Shown here: piece by piece, positions 36,592 through 45,083 of the stretch | Layout: every line of letters begins with the position of its first letter | Position numbering within the stretch: position 1 is the stretch's first letter | From: Bacillota bacterium | Lineage (GTDB): Bacteria; Bacillota_I; Bacilli_A; RF39; UBA660 | DNA: 64,000 bases | Assembly: GCA_015059485.1 (NCBI GenBank) | Contig: SVAH01000001.1 | Span: 140,104-204,103 of the forward strand | Direction: 5' to 3' | Notes under the pieces: model-generated | The model's input: only the letters and a program-made list of their open reading frames with translations | What the model was told of the DNA's origin: nothing | The model's database searches: none | Program-made: the position numbers and the translations under genes

Positions 36592-37580
36592 TAATTAATT
36601 TTATCCCCTTCCTCAAGCATTGTTGTTATAAAAAGACCATATCCTGTATTAACCTTGTCTATCACAACATGTGTAACAACACCTATTATTTTTCCATTTT
36701 GTATAATTGGAGACCCAGACATTCCCTGAACTATTCCTCCAGTTTTTTCCAACAGTTTTTTATCTATTATCTCAAAGCTCAAATTTTTAATTTTACTATT
36801 TTCATTTATACTTGTTATATTTATTTCGAACTGTTCTACATTATTATTTTCAACTACAGTATAAATATATGCTTTTCCAATCTTTACTTCATCTTTTTTA
36901 GCAACTTCAATTAGTTTATTATTATCAAAATTTTTATCATATTTTCCAAATATTCCATAAATAGTATTTTTATTTATAGAACCTAAAACATTATTAGAAT
37001 TAAATTTAGCTTTTTTTTCTCCTGGAGAGCCATCATATGATCTATCAATACCAGTTATTGAACTTTCAAATATATATCCAGTTTTTACTTCAATTTTTGA
37101 ATTTGAATTGCTCTCTAAAATTTCGTGTCCAAGAGAACCATATATTTTAGTTTCTGGATCAATATATGATAATGTTCCAATTCCTTTAATACTATCCTTT
37201 ACATATAAACCTGTCTTATAAATTTCATTTTCTTTAAACAAGTTTAAATTAGTTGTATATTCTTTATTATTTCTTATAAATGTTATTAAGACTTTATTGT
37301 CATTATCAATATTTTTTTCAATTTCATTTGTCAATTCTTTTATAGAATAAATATTATTATTTTCAACTTTCGTAATTAAATCACCGACTTTAAGTTCTGT
37401 ATCACCTTTATTGAAATAGCCGTTTACTTTATAAAAGCCGATAATTATTACTCCTTTATTTTGAATGCCAATTCCTATATTATCACCGCCTAAAATTATT
37501 TTATTAGAGTAAGCAATAACATTTAATGGGAATGAAAAAATTGTTAATAATATTGCTATTTTTTCCCTTAATTTATCCAT
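36591..37580 (-). CDS. spoIVB: SpoIVB peptidase (S55)
   Basis: Signal-anchor, PDZ-like region, GTLSYIDPETKIYGSLGH and QGMSGSPII catalytic motifs. Confidence 0.85.
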   Translation of the reverse strand: MDKLREKIAILLTIFSFPLNVIAYSNKIILGGDNIGIGIQNKGVIIIGFYKVNGYFNKGDTELKVGDLITKVENNNIYSIKELTNEIEKNIDNDNKVLITFIRNNKEYTTNLNLFKENEIYKTGLYVKDSIKGIGTLSYIDPETKIYGSLGHEILESNSNSKIEVKTGYIFESSITGIDRSYDGSPGEKKAKFNSNNVLGSINKNTIYGIFGKYDKNFDNNKLIEVAKKDEVKIGKAYIYTVVENNNVEQFEINITSINENSKIKNLSFEIIDKKLLEKTGGIVQGMSGSPIIQNGKIIGVVTHVVIDKVNTGYGLFITTMLEEGDKIN

Positions 37581-37710
37581 ATTTATCACCTATTTATATT
37601 ATTAACTTATATATTTTTTTTAAAATCTCAATTATTACCAGTTAATTCGACATTAATTTTACATACATTAAATTATACTTAATTCAAGCAGTACACGTAG
37701 TTTATTTTGT

Positions 37711-37758
37711 GAAAACTATTAAATGCTCAAATTTAATCACGTGTGATTAATAGTTTTC
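37711..37758. promoter_or_regulatory. nested inverted repeats (candidate operator) upstream of the XRE gene
   Basis: GAAAACTATTAA (37711-22) is inverted to TTAATAGTTTTC (37747-58). An inner TTAATCAC-GT-GTGATTAA palindrome (37733-50) overlaps a possible -35 (TTAATA, 17 nt spacer, TATAAA). Confidence 0.4.
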
Positions 37759-37794
37759 AATGCTTTAAATATAAAATGGATTTAGGTGATGCTT

Positions 37795-38034
37795 ATGAAT
37801 ATAAGTGAAGCAATTGCAAAAAAAATCACTAAAATTTGTAACGAAAGAAATATTTCGATTAATAAGCTTGCAAGTTTGAGTTGCCTCACTCAAAGTACAG
37901 TACAGCATCTTTTAGATAATCGAAGTAAAAATCCAAAACTTTTAACTATCGTTAGAATTTGTGATGGACTTGGAATTACTTTAAAAGAATTTTTTGATGA
38001 CAATTTATTTAGTAATATAAACCGTGAAGATTAA
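37795..38034 (+). CDS. XRE-family helix-turn-helix transcriptional regulator
   Basis: ISINKLASLSCLTQSTVQHLLDNRSKNPKLLTIVRICDGLGITLKEFF is the Cro/C1-type HTH pattern. AGGTGA RBS before ATG 37795. Confidence 0.8.
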   Translation: MNISEAIAKKITKICNERNISINKLASLSCLTQSTVQHLLDNRSKNPKLLTIVRICDGLGITLKEFFDDNLFSNINRED

Positions 38035-38047
38035 AAAGGAGTAAAAA

Positions 38048-38290
38048 ATGAAAGATAAAAAAAGCCTGTATAAAGATGCAGAATATATTTATTATACTTT
38101 TATAAATGATTATAAAAATAATTCAGCTAAGAAAAATTACAAAGAATATTTAGATTCACTAATAGATAGTACAAAGTATTCTTTGGCTGAAGAAGTATTT
38201 ATAAGAATTAGAATAATGGAGTTTATAAACAACGATAATTATACGATTAAAAGCATTGAGCCTTTGGAATTAGAAAAAAGATCTTTTTGA
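38048..38290 (+). CDS. hypothetical protein (80 aa) co-transcribed with the XRE regulator
   Basis: AAGGAG RBS, 13 nt after the XRE stop. No family recognised. Confidence 0.45.
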   Translation: MKDKKSLYKDAEYIYYTFINDYKNNSAKKNYKEYLDSLIDSTKYSLAEEVFIRIRIMEFINNDNYTIKSIEPLELEKRSF

Positions 38291-38303
38291 GATCTTTCTT
38301 TTT

Positions 38304-38537
38304 TTATTCTTCTATGTTAAAGTCTTCTAGTGAACCATTATCTTTTAATATTTTATTGACAGTTTCAGTAGCGTTTTCTAATTTTTTGCTACAATTAGAT
38401 GCTAAATTCATCGCTTCAGTATATTTTTCTATTGCCTCATCTAACTTTGCGTTTCCATTTTCTAATTCTTTTACAATAGTTTCTAACTTTTCTAATGATT
38501 CTTCAAAACTTAATTCTTTTTCTTCTGTTTTAGCCAT
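38304..38537 (-). CDS. xseB: exodeoxyribonuclease VII small subunit
   Basis: LSFEESLEKLETIVKELENGNAKLDEAIEKY, canonical XseB. Overlaps the xseA stop. Confidence 0.9.
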   Translation of the reverse strand: MAKTEEKELSFEESLEKLETIVKELENGNAKLDEAIEKYTEAMNLASNCSKKLENATETVNKILKDNGSLEDFNIEE

Positions 38538-39732
38538 TATCCTTTACCTCCATAACTTTAGCTTTTATATTTCCTTTATAAAACCTAATATTAATTTCGT
38601 CATCATCAGATAACATACTAGCCTCATTGATGACTTTATCATTCTTTGTGACTAAAGAATAACCATTTTCAAGTATATTAAGTGGGTTTACCAATTTTAA
38701 TGTATTAGTGGTCATTAACATTTGATGCATTTTATTTTTAAGTAAATTTTTTATAGTATTATTTAATCTATCAATATAGTTGTCTAATTTTTGCTCTTTT
38801 ATTTCATACATAGCAAGTGGATTTTTCAAAATATAAGAATCCTTTACTAATTTTAATCTATCTGATTTCAATTTTAAAAGATTTGCCATGAATTTATTGC
38901 TTCTAATTTGCAATTGATTAATTTTAAATACTACATCACTAATAGTTGGCACTGCCATTTCGGCTGCACCAGTTGGAGTCGGCGCTCTCAAATCAGCTAC
39001 AAAATCCGCAATTGTAAAATCTATTTCATGACCTACAGCACTTATAACTGGTGTTGTCATATCAAATATAGCACGCGCAACTATTTCTTCATTAAATGCC
39101 CATAAGTCTTCAATAGATCCACCCCCACGTCCACATATAATAACATCTAAATCATACTCATCAGCTTTTTTTAGCTGTCTTACTATATCTTCTTTAGCGT
39201 ACTCTCCTTGTACTAGGCATGGAAATAGTATAGTTTCACATATTGGATATCTTCTTTTGATAGTAGATAAAATATCTTTTATTGCAGCACCAGTTGGAGC
39301 TGTTATAATACCAATTTTTGATGGATATTTAGGTATCTGCTTTTTAAATTTTTCATCAAACAAACCTTCTTGAGTTAATTTCTTTTTTAACTTTTCAAAT
39401 TCAATGTATAAATTTCCAAGGCCATCTAAATCCATTTTGTCTACATATATCTGGTATGCACCAGTTGCAGGATAAGTAGATATTCTACCTTCCACTAGTA
39501 CATTCATACCATCCTCTGGTTTAAAATTTAAATTATGAGCATTACCAGCAAACATAACTGCTGAAAGACGTGAATTTTCATCTTTTAAGGTAAAATATAA
39601 ATGTCCCCTGGTATGATTTTTAAAATTAGATATTTCACCCTTCAAAAATACCCTTTGCAAGTGAGGATTATTATCAAACATTGCTTTTAAATAATTATTT
39701 AATCTAGTAATTGATATATACTTATCTTGCAT
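38530..39732 (-). CDS. xseA: exodeoxyribonuclease VII large subunit
   Basis: OB-fold N-terminus (ISNFKNHTRGHLYFTLKD), catalytic core GRGGGSIEDLW.FNEE.VAR, 400 aa. Confidence 0.9.
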   Translation of the reverse strand: MQDKYISITRLNNYLKAMFDNNPHLQRVFLKGEISNFKNHTRGHLYFTLKDENSRLSAVMFAGNAHNLNFKPEDGMNVLVEGRISTYPATGAYQIYVDKMDLDGLGNLYIEFEKLKKKLTQEGLFDEKFKKQIPKYPSKIGIITAPTGAAIKDILSTIKRRYPICETILFPCLVQGEYAKEDIVRQLKKADEYDLDVIICGRGGGSIEDLWAFNEEIVARAIFDMTTPVISAVGHEIDFTIADFVADLRAPTPTGAAEMAVPTISDVVFKINQLQIRSNKFMANLLKLKSDRLKLVKDSYILKNPLAMYEIKEQKLDNYIDRLNNTIKNLLKNKMHQMLMTTNTLKLVNPLNILENGYSLVTKNDKVINEASMLSDDDEINIRFYKGNIKAKVMEVKDNG

Positions 39733-40648
39733 GTTTATCTCCTGTTATAATATTCTTTCCTATTAATAATTCAGTAATTTTTTTATAATTTTTTTCATAA
39801 TTTTTAATAATATTCAATTTATACATATTTGATGTAAATTTTCCATTTGCTTCTTCTATTTTCTCAATTAATCCAACAAAAGTTTCTACATCTAAAGTAT
39901 TATACATTTCTAGAAACATTTCTTTATATTTATCACTGCTATTTAAAAAATTATATAAAGTTTCTTCTTTTGTTTCGTTATAATTTGAAAACTTCATTCT
40001 CGGAGAAAAATATAAATCAAATGATAATTCATTATCAAACATTTTAGATAAAACTGGTGGTTTTAAAGGGGAAAGTAAAACTGCCCAATTTTTCATATGT
40101 CTATCGCTTTGCATAGTTAAATAATCAAAGCAAAATCTCACAGCCATTTCATCCATTATTTTATCTATTATTTCATCTTTATTATCCAAATAATCAAAAT
40201 AATAATACAACGCATCATGTATTGTCTTCATATTATTCATGCATTCAAGCGCATCATTTTTATCTAAATACGTTAAATCTTTCAATAATCCTTCTTCTTT
40301 TAAATATTCATAATAATAATCTAAAAAATATAAGCCGTAAAAAGCTTTTGAACCGTATTCATTATAATCTTCCATCATTATTCCATATTTATTCTTAAAT
40401 TTATTTTTATCATCCTTAAAACAAGCCATGTGAACTTTAATACAATTTATTTTTAAAAATTGTGCTAAATTAGAAATAATAATTTCATTAAATGATGACT
40501 CTAATGCAGGTAACCCATCTGGCCCTTTTGGTGCAGGCTTAAATACATATTTGTTACCACCTGTTAAAAAGCATATAACTTTTTCTAAATTTTCACTATC
40601 TGAAATAGATTTTTTATCTATATTAAAACTATTACTTATTATATCCAT
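39722..40648 (-). CDS. HipA-like / PI-kinase-fold protein kinase domain protein
   Basis: FDYLTMQSDRHMKNWAVL (D-R-H-x-x-N catalytic loop as in the HipA C-terminal domain) followed by MFDNELSF. Wedged between nusB (2-nt gap) and xseA (11-nt overlap). Confidence 0.5.
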   Translation of the reverse strand: MDIISNSFNIDKKSISDSENLEKVICFLTGGNKYVFKPAPKGPDGLPALESSFNEIIISNLAQFLKINCIKVHMACFKDDKNKFKNKYGIMMEDYNEYGSKAFYGLYFLDYYYEYLKEEGLLKDLTYLDKNDALECMNNMKTIHDALYYYFDYLDNKDEIIDKIMDEMAVRFCFDYLTMQSDRHMKNWAVLLSPLKPPVLSKMFDNELSFDLYFSPRMKFSNYNETKEETLYNFLNSSDKYKEMFLEMYNTLDVETFVGLIEKIEEANGKFTSNMYKLNIIKNYEKNYKKITELLIGKNIITGDKHAR

Positions 40649-40650
40649 AT

Positions 40651-41046
40651 TTATTCCTTTATTATTTTATCAAGTACAGCATTAATCATCTTTCTAACGC
40701 TATCATCGCTATATTTCTTTGCAAGTTCTATTGCTTCATTTATAATCACTATTTCAGGAGTATCAGTATACTTCAATTCATAAATTGCTATTCTTAAAAT
40801 AGAAGCTCCAGTTTTATCTAGTCTATCAATTGTCCAATCATTCATATATTTATTTGCTATTTCATCTATTTCATTATAATGATCAATAACACCATTGACA
40901 ATACTATTAACAAAATCACTTTTTATATCCAAATTATTATCAATAATTTCTTCAATAGGAGTATTCTCATTTGTCTTATTTAGTATTTCATTTTGATACA
41001 ATATTACCATACATTTTTCTCTTAATTCACTTCTCGTTTTTGCCAT
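40651..41046 (-). CDS. nusB: transcription antitermination factor NusB
   Basis: R.LRE..M..LYQ start, [30 protein letters not shown]. Confidence 0.9.
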   Translation of the reverse strand: MAKTRSELREKCMVILYQNEILNKTNENTPIEEIIDNNLDIKSDFVNSIVNGVIDHYNEIDEIANKYMNDWTIDRLDKTGASILRIAIYELKYTDTPEIVIINEAIELAKKYSDDSVRKMINAVLDKIIKE

Positions 41047-41087
41047 TTATATCACCAAAATTATTGTACCATAACCTAGAACTTTAT

Positions 41088-41119
41088 ACAAACAAAAAAT
41101 CGGTTTTCAAACCGATTTT
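41088..41119 (-). terminator. rho-independent terminator
   Basis: aaaatcggt / accgatttt stem followed on the minus strand by ttgtttg. Confidence 0.6.
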
Positions 41120-41122
41120 ACA

Positions 41123-41278
41123 CTATTTGTTCTTTTTTACCATACAATTCGCTTCATCTAACATCGAATTAATCAATTTGTTAGCATTCTTCTTTGTTTC
41201 ATTATTCATTAAAACATATGTAGTTAAACCAGCTGTTGTAATCATGGTAAGTCCTATTAAACCCATAGCTTTTTTCAT
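41123..41278 (-). CDS. small membrane protein (51 aa; candidate immunity protein, speculative)
   Basis: MKKAMGLIGLTMITTAGLTTYVL TM helix plus a charged tail. AAGGATGTGA RBS before ATG 41278. Sits immediately downstream of the bacteriocin-like genes but after their terminator. Confidence 0.4.
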   Translation of the reverse strand: MKKAMGLIGLTMITTAGLTTYVLMNNETKKNANKLINSMLDEANCMVKKNK

Positions 41279-41332
41279 TATAATCACATCCTTACATTTA
41301 GTATGTATTAAAATGATAAATATATACATCTA

Positions 41333-41367
41333 ATATAAAACAAAAGAGACCAATAAATAGTCTCTTT
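41333..41367 (-). terminator. rho-independent terminator after the double-glycine peptide genes
   Basis: aaagagac / gtctcttt stem followed on the minus strand by tgttttatatt. Confidence 0.6.
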
Positions 41368-41374
41368 AAAATAT

Positions 41375-41530
41375 TTAACACCAACTTCTAGATATTGCTC
41401 TTCTAATTGATGTACCAACGGTTCTCCCTAAATCTAGAATAGTATTTATAGCACGACTTGCAGCATTAATGTAAGTAGCTGTTAATCCTCCACCACTTAC
41501 ATTTATTAGTTCATGTTTTTCTAATTTCAT
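41375..41530 (-). CDS. double-glycine-leader peptide 2 (51 aa): MKLEKHELINVSGG|GLTATYINAASRAINTILDLGRTVGTSIRRAISRSWC
   Basis: Not in the ORF track (under 60 aa). The ATG overlaps the upstream stop (TAATG). The leader fits the L-x-x-x-E-L-x-x-(I/V)-x-G-G consensus. The mature part has a GxxxG (GRTVG). Confidence 0.75.
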   Translation of the reverse strand: MKLEKHELINVSGGGLTATYINAASRAINTILDLGRTVGTSIRRAISRSWC

Positions 41531-41673
41531 TATTTATGACACTTCAATGGTCTTATAAGCCCATCGATTACCCCTACTATAAATACTCCGCCTGCTATAA
41601 TAGCTGCTAATGCTGCTCTAGAAATTGCTCCGCCTGTTATGTTATTCATTGTTTCATTACTAAGTCTATTCAT
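41530..41673 (-). CDS. double-glycine-leader peptide 1 (47 aa): MNRLSNETMNNITGG|AISRAALAAIIAGGVFIVGVIDGLIRPLKCHK
   Basis: Not in the ORF track. ATG overlaps the upstream stop (ATGA), GGAG RBS. GG leader, hydrophobic mature peptide with GxxxG (GVIDG). Confidence 0.75.
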   Translation of the reverse strand: MNRLSNETMNNITGGAISRAALAAIIAGGVFIVGVIDGLIRPLKCHK

Positions 41674-42083
41674 TTAAAAACTCCTTTCAATATTTTTTTA
41701 ACAATGTAATCTTTATCAAAATAAAAAGTTAAATCTACTATTTCATTTTCTTTTTTATTTTGAATATTCGTTTTTATTATGACATCTTGTAAGCTAGTAT
41801 TTCCATCATTATATATTTCACTAAATTCATAGATTTTAAAATTTGAAACGGTATTATCAATTTTTATTTTTTTGCTTTTTTTTATTACTGAAATATTAGA
41901 TGTATTTACTGGGACGATTAACTCATTTTTACTTATAATACCTTTGATATGAATTTTACTATAAGTTTTATAATTTAAAATTAAAAGGAAGGACAATACT
42001 ATTATAGTTATATAAAATATTAATAAGAACATTAATGAAAAAGGTTTAGAATAAATAAAATTCATATTATTATAAGTTTTCAT
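41670..42083 (-). CDS. small single-TM accessory protein of the peptide-export operon
   Basis: 137 aa, N-terminal TM helix then a beta-rich domain. It occupies the position of the HlyD-type accessory protein in C39-ABC bacteriocin loci but is much shorter. Confidence 0.45.
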   Translation of the reverse strand: MKTYNNMNFIYSKPFSLMFLLIFYITIIVLSFLLILNYKTYSKIHIKGIISKNELIVPVNTSNISVIKKSKKIKIDNTVSNFKIYEFSEIYNDGNTSLQDVIIKTNIQNKKENEIVDLTFYFDKDYIVKKILKGVFK

Positions 42084-42084
42084 T

Positions 42085-44127
42085 TTAATCCCCTATCTTT
42101 AAGCATTTTTCAAACATTGATTCATGTTCTTTATGAGTTACGTATATTAACGTTCTATTTCTTAATTCATTTTTTAGATTACCTATAATATTTCTTTCTA
42201 ACTCAATATTTACCTCACTTAATGCTTCATCTAGAATTAAAATTTTAAAATTCCGATAAAGAGCTCTTGCTAATATAATTCTTTGTTTCTCTCCTCCTGA
42301 TAAATTGCTAAAATCTTTATCAATATAAGTTTCATAACGAAGTGGCTTTTTTGAAACTATTTCATCTAAACAACATATTTTAGCAATTTTATCAAATTTT
42401 TCTACATCATATTTTTTATTTAATAAAATATTATTTTTTATTGTGTCATTAAACAAGAATTCATTTTGAGACAAATACAAAATATTATTTCTAACAGTTT
42501 TTAAAGGATAATCTTTGATATTAATACCTCCTATACAAATACTTCCATTATCATATTCATAAGTTCTATTTAAAAGCTTGCAAAAAGTACTTTTTCCAGT
42601 TCCACTTTTTCCTTTAATCATAACTTTAGAATACTTAGGTATAATTAAATTAACATTATTTAATGTTTTATTATAATCATTATAAGAATAACTCATATTT
42701 TTAACTATTATATCTCCGTTTAAAAATTTAGTACTTTCATCTAATACTTCACCTTCCAAAGAATTAAACTCTAATATCTTCTCAAAAGAAGCTTTAAGAT
42801 AATTAAATTTTGGAAATAGATTCATTATATTTTTTAATGGTTCAACCAAGTACACTAGGACTGACTCAAAAGTAATGAAATCAACTAATGATAAATTATT
42901 ATGTAAAAACTCTATAATACCAACAGTTATGATAGTATAATACATAAAATCTATTATAGCATTCTTTAAAGTATTAATAATATTTAACCTTTTAGTAATA
43001 TCAAAATTAGTTTTCAAATAACTAATTAAACTATTATTAATCTTCAATTTTGCATAGTTTTCTAAAGAATTGTTTTTAATTGTATCAAAAGCATTACACT
43101 TTTCAATTACATCACTACTAAAGGATTCATTACTTTCGATATTTTCTTTTATCATATTATAAATCATTTTATTAGTAACTAAACATATTCCTACAAACAG
43201 AATTAAAAATATAATAAGTATTAATAGAAGTTTAGAATTAATAAAATATAATACAACAAATGTCATAATAACAAGCAAACTGTTGATAAATAATGTTACT
43301 ACTATATCTGAGACAAATTCATGAAGATTATTAAGTTCTGTAACTCTAGTAATTATTTCACCAACATTTCTACTTTTTAGTACTCTAGAAGGAAGATTAA
43401 AAAGTTTATCAAAAAAATTATTATTTACATTGAAATCAATGTTTTTTATAAGGTAATTTTTTAAATATGTAGACAATAACTCAAGGAAAATTTTAGTAAA
43501 ATAACAGAAAAAGAAAATTATAAATAATATTTTTAATAGTTTATTATCATCTACATTATTAAAGCATACCTTAAAATAAAAACCTGTGATTATTGTAAAA
43601 ATTACATTAAATAATCCAAACAACATTATTTTTATAACTAAACTTTTTTCACTTTTAATAATTTTTGTAATTGATTTTACAAGTGAGTTCTTCTTATAGT
43701 TTGCTATATAAGTAGACTTTAAATAGCAAACTATTATAACATTAGTAAAAACTTTTTTAAATTTTTCTAACTCAAACTTCACTATTCCTTTTGATGGATC
43801 CATTACTATTACAAATTTTTTGGTAATTTTATAGATAACTACATAATGGTTTAGTCCATTTTCTAAGCATAAATGTGCAATAACTGGTAAAACCAAATTT
43901 TTTTCATTAAGCTTATCAAATGCAATCTTGGCGCCATAAGAATCAAAACCATATTTAGTTAATGTGTTTACCATATGAAATGCAGTAGTTCCAGAGTTAT
44001 CTGTAAAACAATCACTCCTAATTTTTTCTAAAGGAACATAACCACCATAGTATTTTAATATTGATAAAATACATGCTGGGCCACAGTCTTTAAAATCGCG
44101 TTGTTTGACTACTTGAAATTTTTTCAT
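42085..44127 (-). CDS. peptide-cleaving/exporting ABC transporter with N-terminal C39 peptidase domain
   Basis: C39 domain (QRDFKDCGPACILSIL catalytic Cys; HYVVIYK His), 6-TM domain, Walker A GKSGTGKST, signature LSGGEKQR, Walker B ILILDEA. Confidence 0.9.
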   Translation of the reverse strand: MKKFQVVKQRDFKDCGPACILSILKYYGGYVPLEKIRSDCFTDNSGTTAFHMVNTLTKYGFDSYGAKIAFDKLNEKNLVLPVIAHLCLENGLNHYVVIYKITKKFVIVMDPSKGIVKFELEKFKKVFTNVIIVCYLKSTYIANYKKNSLVKSITKIIKSEKSLVIKIMLFGLFNVIFTIITGFYFKVCFNNVDDNKLLKILFIIFFFCYFTKIFLELLSTYLKNYLIKNIDFNVNNNFFDKLFNLPSRVLKSRNVGEIITRVTELNNLHEFVSDIVVTLFINSLLVIMTFVVLYFINSKLLLILIIFLILFVGICLVTNKMIYNMIKENIESNESFSSDVIEKCNAFDTIKNNSLENYAKLKINNSLISYLKTNFDITKRLNIINTLKNAIIDFMYYTIITVGIIEFLHNNLSLVDFITFESVLVYLVEPLKNIMNLFPKFNYLKASFEKILEFNSLEGEVLDESTKFLNGDIIVKNMSYSYNDYNKTLNNVNLIIPKYSKVMIKGKSGTGKSTFCKLLNRTYEYDNGSICIGGINIKDYPLKTVRNNILYLSQNEFLFNDTIKNNILLNKKYDVEKFDKIAKICCLDEIVSKKPLRYETYIDKDFSNLSGGEKQRIILARALYRNFKILILDEALSEVNIELERNIIGNLKNELRNRTLIYVTHKEHESMFEKCLKIGD

Positions 44128-44137
44128 TCTTTTTTCT

Positions 44138-44177
44138 CCCTTCTACTAGTCATATTACAAAAAAGTTTGTGATTTCC
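44138..44177 (-). promoter_or_regulatory. 40-nt conserved upstream element, copy 2 (upstream of the C39 ABC exporter)
   Basis: Minus-strand reading GGAAATCACAAACTTTTTTGTAATATGACTAGTAGAAGGG, 37/40 identical to 11256..11295. Its 3' GAAGGGAG doubles as the RBS 8 nt before the ATG. Confidence 0.55.
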
Positions 44178-44266
44178 TTCTTTTTTCCAAAAAAAAATTA
44201 AAAAACTTGCATTTTTTAACTTTTTTACATATATTTTTACGCTTTAAAAAGTATATTTAGTGTAAA

Positions 44267-44983
44267 TTATCTTTTTTCTTTCTTCTTTTTATATACCAAT
44301 TTCATAATTTTAAATTCTTTAAAATGATCAGCATTTATTTTTGGAAAAGCTTGAAGCAACCTTTTAGGGTAAATTTTAAAATTGCTTACTCTTTTCTTTA
44401 ATATGCTATTAAAGACTTGAGGTATCTTAGCCAATTTTTCATTTTTTAATTCTTCAACAATAATTAATCTATTTCTTAAATTATATGCAACTATTACTGA
44501 ATAAATAGTGTCAATTAACAGAATAATTAAAGAAATCGTTGAAAAAATAATCCATGATTTATAACTAAATAAATATAATAACTTATCTATAAATGGGCCA
44601 CATACGCAAATAATTAAAAAGCCTCCTATTCCAAATAAAATCGTATTTAAAAGACACACTCTGCCGTTTAAATTAAACCTATAATCAAAATAGTCCCACC
44701 ACATATTATGGAAGATTTTTTCTAAAATAACACTTGTTAAATACTCTAAAATCGTACAAATAATTGCACTGAACACAAAGACAACAAGTGGATCTTCTCT
44801 GTAACTTGTTAATGTACACACCATAAATACTGCTCCAAAACCATATATTGGTAAAAATGGGCCACATAAAAATCCTCTATTAGTTATTCCTTTTGTTTTG
44901 ATAGCCATATATATCATTTCACAAATATATCCTACTACACTATATATAACAAACAATAAATACAAGTACACTAAATTCTTCAT
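44267..44983 (-). CDS. polytopic membrane protein (putative ABC-transporter type IV / DUF1113-like family)
   Basis: FVIYSVVGYICEMIYMAIKTKGITNRGFLCGPFLPIYGFGAV matches the conserved N-terminus of that family. Confidence 0.55.
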   Translation of the reverse strand: MKNLVYLYLLFVIYSVVGYICEMIYMAIKTKGITNRGFLCGPFLPIYGFGAVFMVCTLTSYREDPLVVFVFSAIICTILEYLTSVILEKIFHNMWWDYFDYRFNLNGRVCLLNTILFGIGGFLIICVCGPFIDKLLYLFSYKSWIIFSTISLIILLIDTIYSVIVAYNLRNRLIIVEELKNEKLAKIPQVFNSILKKRVSNFKIYPKRLLQAFPKINADHFKEFKIMKLVYKKKKEKR

Positions 44984-45083
44984 GCTTCACCTCTAACTAT
45001 TATAATTATATCATCCTTTTTGATATTTTAGAATAATTTGTTTATATTTAACATATTATTAAATAGATCACAGGAGGATTTAA

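Noticed and set aside
38287-38613. 108-aa plus-strand ORF overlapping xseB and the xseA 3' end
   Set aside because: It is antisense to canonical xseB, with a Ser/Phe-rich nonsense-like composition.
40971-41333. 120-aa plus-strand ORF spanning the nusB 5' end, an intergenic terminator and the small membrane protein gene
   Set aside because: It crosses a terminator hairpin and is antisense to two supported genes.
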